Source: Halomicrobium mukohataei DSM 12286 (GTDB lineage: Archaea > Halobacteriota > Halobacteria > Halobacteriales > Haloarculaceae). Taken from it: a DNA stretch of 32,000 nt. The DNA is taken from NCBI RefSeq assembly GCF_000023965.1, contig NC_013202.1:900001-932000 (forward strand), written 5' to 3'. The notes under the pieces are model-generated. The model did no database searches. It saw only the letters and a program-made list of their open reading frames with translations, and was not told the origin of the DNA. How positions within the stretch are numbered: the stretch's first letter is position 1; every line of letters begins with the position of its first letter. The translations under genes and the position numbers were made by a program. Below, in pieces: positions 1 to 9,579 of this stretch.

Positions 1-68
1 TCCGAAACGCGATCGCAGCGCGTCGGTCTCGTGCCCACTCGTAAGTACCGGCCGTCCGTACGGAGCGT

Positions 69-1388
69 ATGGCCACCCGCTCGCGGCGTGGGCTCGCGAT
101 CGTCTTCGCCGTCGTCTTTCTGGACCTGCTGGGGTTCGGGATCATCATCCCGATCCTGCCCTACTACACGCGCACGTTCCCCGGCGGTACGGAGTTCGTC
201 ATCGGACTGCTGGCGGCCTCGTACTCGCTCATGCAGTTCGTCTTCGCTCCACTGCTGGGCTCGCTCTCGGACCGGATCGGCCGTCGCCCCGTCATCGTGG
301 TGTCGCTCGGCGGCTCGGTGATCGCCTGGACCGTCTTCGGGCTGGCCGACGCGCTGTGGCTGTTGTTCCTCTCACGCATGCTCGCAGGTGCGATGGGTGG
401 GAACCTCTCGACGGCACAGGCCTACGTCGCCGACGTGACCCCGCGAGAGGAGCGAGCGAAGTCACTGGGCCTGCTCGGGGCCGCGTTCGGACTGGGATTT
501 ATCTTCGGTCCCGGAATCGGTGCAGTGTTGAGTTTCGACGGCGTCGTCGCCGCCGTCGACGGCCTCGTCCCGGTCGTGGCCATCACCCGCTTCTCGCTGC
601 CGAGTTTCGCCGCCGCCGCGGCGAGTCTCTGCGGCGTCGTCGTCACGCTACTGTTCCTGCCGGAGTCGCTGCCGGCCCCCGCCCGCGGCGACGAGACCAC
701 GCGGCGGCCGTCCCAGATCGCGCAGTTGGTGACGGCCGTCCGGACGACCGGGTTGCGAGAGCTGCTCGCCGCGTTCTTCCTCGTCTCCTTCGCGTTCTCG
801 GGCGTCCAGATCATGTTCATTCCGTTCGTCGCCGACGTGTACGGCTACACGGCGAGTCAGAGCGCGCTCTTGCTCACCTATATCGGCGTGCTGTCGGTCG
901 TCGTCCAGGGCGTGTTGATCGGGCGACTGACGGCGCGATACGCCACAGTGTCGCTGACGGTCGGTGGGACCGCGGTGCTCGCAGTGGGCGTCGGGCTCTT
1001 GCCGTTCACGAACTGGCTGGGAGCGAGCGTCTTCGATCTGACCGGCGTCGCACCGTTTCTCACCGGCGAGTTGCTGGCACTGCTGGCGGTGCTGACGCTG
1101 CTGCCGCTCGGCAACGGCGTGTTGTCGGTGACGCTGACGACGATCGTCTCCCAGCGAGCCTCCGCCGCGACCCAGGGGAGCGCGTTCGGCCTGACACAGG
1201 GTGCCGGCAGCCTCGCGCGGACGGTCGGGCCGATCGTGATGGGCGGGCTCTACACCGTGGTGGGTTACTGGTCGCCGTTCGTCGTCGGCGCGGTGTTGCT
1301 CGTCCCCGTCGGAGTGTTGGTCCTCCGTCTCGGGAACGCTCCGGAGCCGCCCGAGCCGCGGCCTGTCGATCCGGGCCACGTTCGATGA
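69..1388 (+). CDS. MFS transporter (drug/H+ antiporter-like)
   Basis: 439 aa, about 12 hydrophobic segments. The N-terminus 'LAIVFAVVFLDLLGFGIIIPILP', the 'SDRIGRRPV' loop motif (MFS motif A-like) and Gly-rich helices fit the family. Other frames here give Arg-rich shadow ORFs. Confidence 0.85.
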   Translation: MATRSRRGLAIVFAVVFLDLLGFGIIIPILPYYTRTFPGGTEFVIGLLAASYSLMQFVFAPLLGSLSDRIGRRPVIVVSLGGSVIAWTVFGLADALWLLFLSRMLAGAMGGNLSTAQAYVADVTPREERAKSLGLLGAAFGLGFIFGPGIGAVLSFDGVVAAVDGLVPVVAITRFSLPSFAAAAASLCGVVVTLLFLPESLPAPARGDETTRRPSQIAQLVTAVRTTGLRELLAAFFLVSFAFSGVQIMFIPFVADVYGYTASQSALLLTYIGVLSVVVQGVLIGRLTARYATVSLTVGGTAVLAVGVGLLPFTNWLGASVFDLTGVAPFLTGELLALLAVLTLLPLGNGVLSVTLTTIVSQRASAATQGSAFGLTQGAGSLARTVGPIVMGGLYTVVGYWSPFVVGAVLLVPVGVLVLRLGNAPEPPEPRPVDPGHVR

Positions 1389-1684
1389 AGTGTGTACCCG
1401 TATTCGGGGAGATGTTCCCACCTTTCGCATATACGTCTCTTCTCTACACCAGACACACATATTATTCAGATATATGGACGTATACTCAACTTTCAGCAGC
1501 TAATTAGTCATCCCTGTCGTTACTTGCTCCCGGTTCTGATTCAAGAACGCCAGTATACAATCATAGAGGTAGCTTACTGGTCGGAAAAGCCAGTAGACGT
1601 AGCCAGGTTCGAAAATGCGGTCGTCAAAGCTACCGGCCGTTCCCGCCACAGCGGGCATCGCGGGGGACGGCCGAATGTCCCTCG

Positions 1685-2062
1685 CTACTCGCTGCGAGCG
1701 ACGAGTTCGATCTCGACGCCGATGTCGATGGGGAGGCGGGACACTTCCATGGCCGCGCGGGCCGGGTACGGCTCGGACATGTACTCGGCGTACACTTCGT
1801 TGACCGCGTCGTAGTTGTCCATGTTGGTGACGTAGACGTTCGTCTTCAGCACGTCGTCTAGCGACGCGTCGGCAGCCTCCAGGATCGTCTCCAGATTTTC
1901 GAGGGTCTGTGCGGTCTGCTCTTTGATGTCTTCGGAGACGATCTCGCCGCTCTCGGGATCGACCGGCCCCTGGCCGGAGACGTAGATGCGGTCGCCGTCC
2001 TGCATCGCCTGTGAGAACGGTCCGATCGCGCTCGGTGCGTCGTCCGTATGGATTTCTCGCAT
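1685..2062 (-). CDS. ridA: RidA/YjgF/L-PSP family enamine-imine deaminase
   Basis: 125 aa. 'APSAIGPFSQA...IYVSGQGPVDPESGEIV...QTAQTLENL..IL.AA...DV.KT.VY...M..Y..VNEVY..Y....PAR....V..LP....VEIE' matches the RidA family along its whole length. Confidence 0.9.
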   Translation of the reverse strand: MREIHTDDAPSAIGPFSQAMQDGDRIYVSGQGPVDPESGEIVSEDIKEQTAQTLENLETILEAADASLDDVLKTNVYVTNMDNYDAVNEVYAEYMSEPYPARAAMEVSRLPIDIGVEIELVARSE

Positions 2063-2093
2063 ACCAGAAGTCAGTCACAACGCGACATTGAAT

Positions 2094-2942
2094 CTATCGA
2101 TCTGGTCTGGTCGGGGGCTCGTCCGCGTGATAGATCTCGTTCTGGAAGGACATCGGCAGGCCACTCGTGAGCCCGCCGTCGACGACGATGTTCTCGCCCG
2201 TGATGAAGCCGGATCGCTCCGAGGCCAGGAAGAGCGCGGTGTCGGCGACCTCGTCGGGACGGCCGAACCGACCCAGCGGGTACTGATCGAGCCAGCGATC
2301 TCGGGCACTGGTCTCGTCGGCCCGCTCGTCGGTGTTTTCCATCTCCTTCTCGCGGCTCTCGGTCTCGATCGTGCCCGCCGAGAGGACGTTCGACCGGACG
2401 CCGTACTGGCCGTAGTGGCTCGCGATGTTGCGCGAGAGCGCCAACAGTCCGCTCTTGGCCTCGGAGTAGCCCGAGAGCCCGATGCCGAACAGCCCGTTGA
2501 CCGAGCCGACGTGGACCATCGAGCCGCCGCCGGCCGTGGTCATCGCCGGCAGGGCCTCCCGAGCCAGCAGGTAGGGTCCCTTCAGGTTGAGTTCGAGCAT
2601 CCACTCGAAGGTCTCCTCGTCACACTGGTGGAGCAGCTCCGCCGACTCGGCGGCTCCCCCGGCGTTGTTGACGAGCACGCGCAGATCGCCGAACTCCTCG
2701 ATCGCGACGTCGACGAGATCCCGCACTGCGTCGGGGTCGGTAACGTCACACTCGACGGGGACGACCCGACCGTCGTGTTCCGCCGTGAGCCGTTCGGCGA
2801 CCGGAGCCACGTCCTCGTAGGATCGCGAGCAGATCGCGACGTCGCCGCCGGCCTCGGCGAAGGTCTCGGCGATCTGCCGCCCGATGCCTCGTGACGCACC
2901 GGTCACTATCGCTGGTCGGTCCGCGAGGGACAACTCGATCAT
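2094..2942 (-). CDS. SDR-family oxidoreductase (short-chain dehydrogenase/reductase)
   Basis: Rossmann motif 'VTGASRGIG', 'NNAG', and catalytic 'YSEAK' (YxxxK). The start is placed at the internal ATG (MIELSLADRP, 2942) rather than the track's 2972, because it sits directly before the TGxxxGxG motif. Confidence 0.85.
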   Translation of the reverse strand: MIELSLADRPAIVTGASRGIGRQIAETFAEAGGDVAICSRSYEDVAPVAERLTAEHDGRVVPVECDVTDPDAVRDLVDVAIEEFGDLRVLVNNAGGAAESAELLHQCDEETFEWMLELNLKGPYLLAREALPAMTTAGGGSMVHVGSVNGLFGIGLSGYSEAKSGLLALSRNIASHYGQYGVRSNVLSAGTIETESREKEMENTDERADETSARDRWLDQYPLGRFGRPDEVADTALFLASERSGFITGENIVVDGGLTSGLPMSFQNEIYHADEPPTRPDR

Positions 2943-3024
2943 ATCGATCTGACACACGGTCGCGGGTCCCAAGAAGGTTCCCCCGGGCGGCGAGAACAGA
3001 GCGACGACCTGTCGACGACGACAG

Positions 3025-4194
3025 CTATCGGACGCGGTACTCCTCGACGGTGTCGAGGTCCACGTCGATTCCGAGGCCGGGTTCGTCCGGCACGGTCATC
3101 CGGCCCTCCTCGACCGTGAAGGGGTCCGCGATGACGTCGTCTTCCCAGCCGTAGTAGGTCGTGTCCGGCGGGAGGGAAAATCCGGGGATCCCGTGGACCG
3201 CGTGCAAGATTGCGGCCGTCCGGATCCCGAGATCGAACGCGCAGTGGTGGGTGAAGGGAACGCCGGCGTCCTCGACGATGGCCGCCTGCTGTCGCAGTCC
3301 CGCGATGCCGCCCGCTGGCGTCAGATCGAGGACCGCCACGTCCATCGCACCGGCCTCGACGAGCGAGCGGAGGTTGTTGGGGATGTACGTGTCCTCGTTG
3401 GGAGCGATCGGCTGGCGGAGACGCTGGCGCAGTGTCGCCAGCGAGTCGTGGGCGTTGACGCGGATGGGCTGTTCCATGTACTGCAGGAAGATGCCGGACT
3501 CTTCGAGGGCGGCCCCGACGCGAACCGCCTGATCGAGCGACCACCCCTGATTGGGGTCCAGCCGGAACTCCAGTTGCCCGTCGACCTCGTCGTGCATCGC
3601 CTGGATGCGGGCCACGTCCTGTTGCCAGTCACGGCCGGCCTTGGTCTTGAGGACGGAGAAGCCGGCGTCGAGGGCTTCCTGGGCCTTCACGCGGGACTCT
3701 TCCGGAGAGAGGATACCCAGACAGAAGGCGAACTCGACCGCGCGGTCGTCGGCGGCGTCGGCACCGCCAGCGGCGGCGTTCATCGCGGTCGTCTGGTACG
3801 GTGCGGTCGCCCCGCCGAGCAGTTCGAAGACCGGCTTGTCGAGCGCCTTGCCGGCGATGTCCCAGCAGGCAGTCTCGACGGCGGCGAAGAACAGTTCGAT
3901 GTTGGTGTACTCGATGAACACCTGTCGGCGGAGCCGTTCGACCTCGAAGGGCGACTGGCCTTCGATCAGCGGGCCGATTCCGTCTTCGATGATCGACTCC
4001 GTGGCCGCCGGTGAGAGGAAGGTCCGCATCTCGCCCCAGCCGGCGATGCCCTCGTCGGTGTCCACGCGGACGAGGACACGTTCCATCGATTCGACGCGTC
4101 CGTGGTTCGTCACGTACGGGCCGATGCCCAGACGTTCGTCGAGGTCCACCAGCGGTACGTCGACAGTCGTCGCTGTCACGTCGGTGATCTCCAT
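3025..4194 (-). CDS. Enolase-superfamily enzyme (mandelate racemase / muconate lactonizing enzyme family)
   Basis: 'GIAGWGE' capping region, 'LKTKAG' KxK motif, and putative metal ligands in 'RLDPNQGW', 'YMEQP' and 'APNEDTY'. The start is moved to MEITDVTATTVDVP (ATG at 4194). The 94-aa upstream extension in the track is Arg-rich and does not look like protein. Confidence 0.85.
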   Translation of the reverse strand: MEITDVTATTVDVPLVDLDERLGIGPYVTNHGRVESMERVLVRVDTDEGIAGWGEMRTFLSPAATESIIEDGIGPLIEGQSPFEVERLRRQVFIEYTNIELFFAAVETACWDIAGKALDKPVFELLGGATAPYQTTAMNAAAGGADAADDRAVEFAFCLGILSPEESRVKAQEALDAGFSVLKTKAGRDWQQDVARIQAMHDEVDGQLEFRLDPNQGWSLDQAVRVGAALEESGIFLQYMEQPIRVNAHDSLATLRQRLRQPIAPNEDTYIPNNLRSLVEAGAMDVAVLDLTPAGGIAGLRQQAAIVEDAGVPFTHHCAFDLGIRTAAILHAVHGIPGFSLPPDTTYYGWEDDVIADPFTVEEGRMTVPDEPGLGIDVDLDTVEEYRVR

Positions 4195-4262
4195 GCTCAC
4201 GTGTGCCAGCGGAGCCACAATGAACGTATCGGCTCTGGCCGACGAGAGAAGGGGTGGAGTCG

Positions 4263-5105
4263 TTACTCCTTGACCGCGCCGGCAGTCATGCCCGCGACGA
4301 TGTACTCTTCGAGGAAGGCAAACAGGACCAACAGCGGCAGGATGCCGATCACGGAGACGGTCAGCATCATCCGCCAGTCGGTCTGGAGTGCCCCGACCAT
4401 CGAGAACACCCCGCGTGGGATGTTGTACTTCCCCGCGTCGGTGAGGAAGGTGAGCACGAACAGCAGTCGGTTCCACGCGTAGAGGAACGTGTAAGTGATG
4501 CTCGCGACCAGCGCGGGCTTGGTCAGCGGGAGCACGATCTTGGTGAGGATCTGTCGCTGGCTGGCCCCGTCGATCCGGGCCGATTCCTCCAGTGATTCGG
4601 GAATCGTCTGGAAGTAGCCATACAGCATCCAGACGTTGAACGGCAGCGTGAACGCGGCCGCCGGGATGATCACCGCGAGGTACGTGTTGTAGATCCCGAA
4701 CTGGGTGATGACGTCGAACAGGCCGACGATCAGCACCACCGGCGCGAACATCTGCACGACGAGGACGGCAAGCAGGAACGACCGCTTGCCGACGAAGTCG
4801 TTTCGCGCACAGGAGTACGCCGCCGGGATCGCCAGCAGCAGCGTCAGCGCGACGGTCCCCAGCGAGATGAGGAAGCTGTTACCGACCCACAGCAACACGT
4901 CGGTCTGGCCCCAGACCTCGATGTAGGACTGGACGGACGCTTCCGAGGGGAACAGCGTCGCCGGACTGGAGAAGATCTCCGACTCCTGCTTGAACGTACT
5001 GGAGAACATCGCGTAGAAGGGGAACATCATGATCCCCAGCAGCGCGATCAACACGCCGTAGAGACGGACTTTGCGGAGCTGGCTGCGCTCCTGGCCGGCC
5101 ATCAT
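4263..5105 (-). CDS. Carbohydrate-type ABC transporter permease (MalG/UgpE-like)
   Basis: 280 aa, 6 TM segments. The EAA-loop region 'ESLEESARIDGASQRQILTKIVLPLTKPAL' is typical. The start overlaps the stop of the upstream permease (5102-5105). Confidence 0.9.
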   Translation of the reverse strand: MMAGQERSQLRKVRLYGVLIALLGIMMFPFYAMFSSTFKQESEIFSSPATLFPSEASVQSYIEVWGQTDVLLWVGNSFLISLGTVALTLLLAIPAAYSCARNDFVGKRSFLLAVLVVQMFAPVVLIVGLFDVITQFGIYNTYLAVIIPAAAFTLPFNVWMLYGYFQTIPESLEESARIDGASQRQILTKIVLPLTKPALVASITYTFLYAWNRLLFVLTFLTDAGKYNIPRGVFSMVGALQTDWRMMLTVSVIGILPLLVLFAFLEEYIVAGMTAGAVKE

Positions 5106-6040
5106 AGTTCGTCACCTCCGCGGGTGTAGATCCGCAGGTAGATCACGGCAAACACCAGCAGGAACAGGAACCCGACGACGCTGTAGGCCGCGCCCCGGCC
5201 GAGGTTCCCGTTTTGCAGCCCGACCTGGTAGATCCAGATCACGAGCGTGGACGTGGTGTTGATCGGCCCGCCGCCGGTCATCGTCCAGATGGTGTCGAAG
5301 CTGACGAACGTCCAGATCGTCGACAGCAGCGTCGCGATCAGGATGACGCTCTTGAGCTGTGGGAGCGTGATGTAGCGGAACTGCTCCCACTTCTCCGCGC
5401 CGTCGATGGCCGCGGCCTCGTACAGCTCCTCGGGGATCGACTGGAGTCCCGCGAGGAAGATGATCGCCATGAACGGCGTCCCGATCCAGATGTCGGCCAC
5501 GACGACGCCGAGCCAGGCGACTTCCGGGTTGCCGAGGATACCGATCCCCTGGTCGATCACGCCCAGCTTGATCAGGATCGCGTTGAGGTAGCCGTACTGG
5601 GGGTGCTCGATCCAGCGGAAGACGACCGCCGAGATCGCGTACGGGATCCCCCACGGGATGAGGAACGCGGTCCGGAAGAACTTCCGACCGCGGATGTCGC
5701 CCTTGAGGTGAATCGCGATCAGCAGGCCCAGCAGCGCCTTGCCGGCGACGCCGACCAGCACCCAGCGGCCGGTCTGCCAGAGCAACTGATAGAAGATGTC
5801 GCTCTGGAGGATCTCCACGTAGTGCTGGAAGCCGACGTACGTCTCGATCGTCGAGTCCGCCGGCGACTCGTAGAAGGACAGCCGGAACGTCTCCAGGATC
5901 GGCCACCCGACGACGCTCAGCAGGAAGATCGCGGCCGGCGCGATCAGGAGATACGCCTGACTGTGCTTCCGTAGGTACTGCAGTCCCCGTTCGAAACGGG
6001 AGCCGGCCGACGGCTCCGTGTACTCTTCTGCGATTCCCAT
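5102..6040 (-). CDS. Carbohydrate-type ABC transporter permease (MalF/UgpA-like)
   Basis: 312 aa, multiple TM segments. EAA motif 'EELYEAAAIDGAEKWEQFRYITLPQLK'. Lies 3 nt downstream of the binding-protein gene. Confidence 0.9.
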   Translation of the reverse strand: MGIAEEYTEPSAGSRFERGLQYLRKHSQAYLLIAPAAIFLLSVVGWPILETFRLSFYESPADSTIETYVGFQHYVEILQSDIFYQLLWQTGRWVLVGVAGKALLGLLIAIHLKGDIRGRKFFRTAFLIPWGIPYAISAVVFRWIEHPQYGYLNAILIKLGVIDQGIGILGNPEVAWLGVVVADIWIGTPFMAIIFLAGLQSIPEELYEAAAIDGAEKWEQFRYITLPQLKSVILIATLLSTIWTFVSFDTIWTMTGGGPINTTSTLVIWIYQVGLQNGNLGRGAAYSVVGFLFLLVFAVIYLRIYTRGGDEL

Positions 6041-6043
6041 CTG

Positions 6044-7399
6044 TTATTGCATCATCTCTTCGAGGTCCGCCTGTGCGTCGTCCAGGGCCTGCTGGGGGGA
6101 CTTCTGGTCGCCCAGCGCTTCCTGGATCGCCTGGACCATGCGGTTGTTGAACTCGTTGAAGTTCGACAGTTTCGGCCGAGCGCGGGCGTACTGACCGGCC
6201 TCGATGAACGGTGCCCAGTTCTCCGAGTCCTGGAAGTAGTCGCGCTCGCCGACCGCCTCGACCGTCGGCATGAATCCCTTGCTGCTCGCGTACTCGAAGT
6301 GGCGGTCCTCGTCGAAGTAGAACCGTAGCAGGTCCCGCGCGAGGTCCTCGACCTCGGTCTGGGCGAAGATCGAAACGCCGTCGATCGTGTTCAGGCTGTA
6401 GCGGCCAGCGGGCCCCTCCGGCACCTGTGCGATCCCGTAGTCGAAGTCGGCGTCGCTGTCGTCGATGTTGATGCCCGTGTAGACGTGGGCGATGACCATA
6501 CCCAGCGAGCCGGACTCGAACAGCTGACGGATGTCCTGGCGCGTCGAGGACAGCGGCGAGGACTGAGTGACGCCGTGTTCGAGGTGCAGGTCCGAGTAGA
6601 AGCTCAGCGCCTCGACGGCCCCATCGGAGTTGACGACCGGCTGACCCTCGTCGTCGATCAGGTCCGCGCCGTGTGACCAGTGGTAGTGGTAGTACTGCGA
6701 GCCGGTCTCGATGGCGTCGGCACCGGCCAGTCCCAGTGCGGGGGTGTCGGTCTCCTCGGTGATGGTCTGGGCCGCCGAGAGCATGTCGTCCCAGGTGTCG
6801 AGCTGGGGGTCCTCCGGATCGAGGCCCGCCGCCTCGAACACGTCCTTGTTGTAGTAGAAGCACTTGTTGGATGCGGCCCAGGGGGCAGCGTAGTACTCGC
6901 CCTGGTACATACAGCCGTCGGCCATGCCCTGGTAGAACTGGTCGCCGAACTCGCCTTCCATCATGTCGGTGATGGGGACGAGCGCTTCCTTGCCGACGAG
7001 CTGGGGGATCCAGCGGGCCGGCCAGCGACTTACGTCAGGTGCCTCGCCGCCGTCGACGCGGTTGTTGACCGTCTGCTGGGCGTTGTCCCAGGTGACGCTC
7101 GTGAAGTCAAGCGTGACGCCGAACTCCTCTTCGAAGGCCGCGTTGTTCTTCTCGAAGAACTCGGCGATGTTGTCGCCGACCCCCATCGTCAGGAACTGGA
7201 TGGTCTGCTGATCGCCACCGTCGCTGCCGTCGCTGCCACCGTCACCGCCGTCGCTGCCACCGTCACCGCCATCGCCGCCATCGCCACCGTCGCCCATACA
7301 GCCGGAGATGGCGATGAGGCCACCGGCACCGATGGCTTCGAGCATTCGTCGTCGGTCGATACGTCCGTCGGAAAGTGAGTCTGGTTGTTCGCTCGGCAT
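6044..7399 (-). CDS. ABC transporter extracellular solute-binding lipoprotein (Tat signal + lipobox)
   Basis: 'RRRMLEAIGAGGLIAISGC' is a twin-arginine signal plus lipobox Cys. It is followed by a (G/S)D-rich linker and a family-1 sugar-type SBP body. Start placed at MPSEQPD (ATG at 7399); the track start at 7444 would add 15 non-signal-like residues. Confidence 0.85.
   Translation of the reverse strand: MPSEQPDSLSDGRIDRRRMLEAIGAGGLIAISGCMGDGGDGGDGGDGGSDGGDGGSDGSDGGDQQTIQFLTMGVGDNIAEFFEKNNAAFEEEFGVTLDFTSVTWDNAQQTVNNRVDGGEAPDVSRWPARWIPQLVGKEALVPITDMMEGEFGDQFYQGMADGCMYQGEYYAAPWAASNKCFYYNKDVFEAAGLDPEDPQLDTWDDMLSAAQTITEETDTPALGLAGADAIETGSQYYHYHWSHGADLIDDEGQPVVNSDGAVEALSFYSDLHLEHGVTQSSPLSSTRQDIRQLFESGSLGMVIAHVYTGINIDDSDADFDYGIAQVPEGPAGRYSLNTIDGVSIFAQTEVEDLARDLLRFYFDEDRHFEYASSKGFMPTVEAVGERDYFQDSENWAPFIEAGQYARARPKLSNFNEFNNRMVQAIQEALGDQKSPQQALDDAQADLEEMMQ
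7229..7270. repeat. Exact 21-nt tandem duplication (gtcgctgccaccgtcaccgcc x2) inside the GGD/GSD linker-coding region
   Basis: Read directly: 7229-7249 equals 7250-7270. It sits in a wider degenerate GCC/GTC repeat (~7212-7296) encoding 'GDGGDGGDGGDGGSDGGDGGSDGSDGG' on the minus strand. Confidence 0.9.
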
Positions 7400-7480
7400 C
7401 TGACAGCATTGTTCACTCGATAGTATATAAATCCGCCGATTCATCAGGGTCGATTATTAAAAACAACAGCTAGCAAGCGG

Positions 7481-8284
7481 TCAAGCGTTGTGTTCGTGGA
7501 TCGCGACCAGCAAGGCAGCGAGTTCGCTCGTGACGGCGTCGTAGATTCGGGCCCCCTTCTCGGCGCTGGCGAGCTCCGGCGCGCCGATGGCACCCGACTC
7601 GGAGTACTCGTCGAAGGACCGATACACCGAGACGGGACCGCCATCCAGGAGGTCGCCGCCGCTCCACTCGTAGTGTTCGTCCCAGAGAGTGCCCTCGCGC
7701 TTCGCGGCGTCGGCGACGAGGTCGGGCCGCAGGTGGAGCATCAGCGAGGTCTCGTACTCGCCGCCGTGGGCCATCCCACCGTCCTCGCTGTCCCGCAGCG
7801 CTCCGACTTCGTCGGTGGCTAGCGTGAAGTACGTCGTCCCCAGGACCTCGGCGTCGGTCTCGGTGCCGACGGTGCTGACGACGGCGTCGACGAGCGCCGC
7901 GTTGCCGCCGTGGCCGTTGACGAAACAGACGGCGTCGAAGCCGTTCTGGATGCCAGTCAGCGCCACGTCTTCGAGCACCGCACGGAGGTGGTCGAGCTCC
8001 AGCGACAGCGTCCCACCGAACGAGAGGTGGTGGGGCGAGAAGCCCGTCCAGACCGTCGGCGTCACGAGGACGGGAACGTCAGCGCCCGCCTGTTCGGTGC
8101 CACCGTGGACGACCGCGTCGACGAGGATGGTGTCCGTCGCGACCGGGAGGTGGTGGCCGTGCTGTTCGATGCTGCCGACGGGGACGACGAGGACCGACCC
8201 GTCGCTGTCGGCGACCTCGCGAATCTCCGCGTACGGTTTACCGGCCCATTCGCTGTCGGTCGCGCCGATTGAATCGTAGAGCAT
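7481..8284 (-). CDS. Creatininase-family amidohydrolase
   Basis: 267 aa. 'VLVVPVGSIEQHGHHLPVATDT', 'VNGHGGN' and 'AHGGEYETS' match the metal-binding signature regions of the creatininase/FAPy deformylase family. Stop is 3 nt from the start... i.e. its start (8284) is 3 nt from the ABC ATPase stop (8287). Confidence 0.85.
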   Translation of the reverse strand: MLYDSIGATDSEWAGKPYAEIREVADSDGSVLVVPVGSIEQHGHHLPVATDTILVDAVVHGGTEQAGADVPVLVTPTVWTGFSPHHLSFGGTLSLELDHLRAVLEDVALTGIQNGFDAVCFVNGHGGNAALVDAVVSTVGTETDAEVLGTTYFTLATDEVGALRDSEDGGMAHGGEYETSLMLHLRPDLVADAAKREGTLWDEHYEWSGGDLLDGGPVSVYRSFDEYSESGAIGAPELASAEKGARIYDAVTSELAALLVAIHEHNA

Positions 8285-8286
8285 GC

Positions 8287-9387
8287 TCAGGCTGTCGGGA
8301 TCGCTTCGGGTTCGTCGTCGATCGGGACGCGGTCGCCCGTCTCGTCGAAGAAGTGGATGTCCTCGATATCGAAGCCCAGCGAAACCGTCTCACCGGGCTC
8401 GGGATGGTACTCGCTGTCGACGCGGGCGATGATCTCGCCGTCGCCCTCGGGCGGATGCAGATAGAGGAAGTTGTCCGAGCCCATCGGCTCGACCACGTCG
8501 ACGACGGCTTCGAGGTGGCCCTCGTCGGTGCCGACGGTCAGGTCCTCGGGGCGGACGCCGAGCGTGTAGGCACCGGCGTCGAGAGACACCCCGAGAGTCG
8601 TCTCGAACCCGTTGCCCGAGAGGTGGACGCCGTCGCCGCTTTCGGTCACGTCGACCTCGAAGAAGTTCATGCTCGGCGAGCCGATGAACCCCGCGACGAA
8701 CTTGTTGTTCGGGCGGTCGTAACACACCTCCGGCTCGGCGATCTGCTGGAGTTCGCCGTCGTTGAGGATGGCGATGCGGTCGCCCATCGTCATGGCCTCG
8801 GTCTGGTCGTGGGTGACGTAGATCGTCGTCACACCCAGTTCCTCCTGGATACGCTGGAGCTCGGTGCGCATCTGGGTCCGCAGCTTGGCGTCGAGATTCG
8901 AGAGCGGCTCGTCCATCAGGAACACGTCGGGGTCTCGGACGATGGAGCGTCCGAGCGCCACACGCTGTTGCTGGCCGCCAGAGAGCTGCTTGGGGAGCTG
9001 ATCGAGCAGCTCCGGAATTTCGAGGAGATCGGCGGCGTCGTTCACCCGCTCGTCGATCTCGGCGTCCTCGTACTCGTCGGAGAGACGCAGTCCGAAGGAC
9101 ATGTTCTCCCGAACGCTCATGTGGGGATACAGCGCGTAGTTCTGGAACACCATCGCGATATCGCGGTCCTGTGGTCGGACGTCGTTGACGATCTGGTCAC
9201 CGATTTCGATCTCGCCCGAGGTGATCGTTTCGAGCCCCGCGATCATCCGGAGCGTCGTCGACTTCCCACAGCCGGACGGACCGACCATCACGAGGAACTC
9301 CCCGTCCCGGACGGTGAAATCTATCTCCTTGACCGCCAGAAGATCGTCGTACACCTTTGTGACATCAGAGAGACGTACCTTGCTCAT
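8287..9387 (-). CDS. ABC transporter ATP-binding protein (MalK/UgpC-type, with C-terminal TOBE-like domain)
   Basis: Walker A 'GPSGCGKST', signature 'LSGGQQQRVALGR', Walker B 'FLMDEPLSNLD', H-loop 'YVTHDQ'. Start placed at MSKVRLSDV (ATG at 9387). Confidence 0.9.
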   Translation of the reverse strand: MSKVRLSDVTKVYDDLLAVKEIDFTVRDGEFLVMVGPSGCGKSTTLRMIAGLETITSGEIEIGDQIVNDVRPQDRDIAMVFQNYALYPHMSVRENMSFGLRLSDEYEDAEIDERVNDAADLLEIPELLDQLPKQLSGGQQQRVALGRSIVRDPDVFLMDEPLSNLDAKLRTQMRTELQRIQEELGVTTIYVTHDQTEAMTMGDRIAILNDGELQQIAEPEVCYDRPNNKFVAGFIGSPSMNFFEVDVTESGDGVHLSGNGFETTLGVSLDAGAYTLGVRPEDLTVGTDEGHLEAVVDVVEPMGSDNFLYLHPPEGDGEIIARVDSEYHPEPGETVSLGFDIEDIHFFDETGDRVPIDDEPEAIPTA

Positions 9388-9534
9388 GGCGACGTACACC
9401 ACCCTGCGTTACTATGGTTAAAAAATCTATCGGCGGTCCGGAGAGCGACGGCGAGCGTGCCGACACAGGATGAAGCACGGTACAGCGGAGGACAGCGCCG
9501 TCTGCCGTCGCGTGAGAACGGCCCACAAGATCTA

Positions 9535-9549
9535 TTTGACAATGGCAAA
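9535..9549. promoter_or_regulatory. Imperfect 15-nt palindrome TTTGACAATGGCAAA in the divergent iclR/ABC promoter region (possible IclR operator)
   Basis: 6 of 7 positions are self-complementary around a central base. It lies ~30 nt upstream of the IclR ATG (9580), overlapping an AT-rich 'aaactttaca' TATA-like stretch. No experimental support. Confidence 0.25.
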
Positions 9550-9579
9550 CTTTACAGCCGGTGAAGTGGTACGGAGTAC

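Noticed and set aside
356-1507. 383-aa plus-strand ORF (with 648..1460 minus) overlapping the MFS gene
   Set aside because: Poly-Arg composition and no domain signatures. The MFS frame is clearly the real one.
1389-1684. Relatively AT-rich 300-nt convergent intergenic region with a weak tactgg/ccagta hairpin
   Set aside because: The stem is only 6 bp and no recognisable RNA family features appear. It is most simply the shared 3' region of two convergent genes.
5112-6863. 583-aa minus-strand ORF overlapping the permease and binding-protein genes
   Set aside because: It is extremely Arg/Pro/Gly-rich with no motifs. It lies out of frame on the same strand as well-supported ABC genes. This is a typical high-GC alternative-frame shadow ORF.
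7195-7300. Short GC-rich periodic repeats that might be mistaken for a CRISPR or minisatellite
   Set aside because: They encode the (G/S)D linker of the lipoprotein in frame and have no spacer-repeat architecture. No CRISPR array is present anywhere in the window.
8269-9564. 431-aa plus-strand ORF antisense to the ABC ATPase
   Set aside because: It is antisense to a gene with perfect Walker A/B and signature motifs, and its own translation has no recognisable features.
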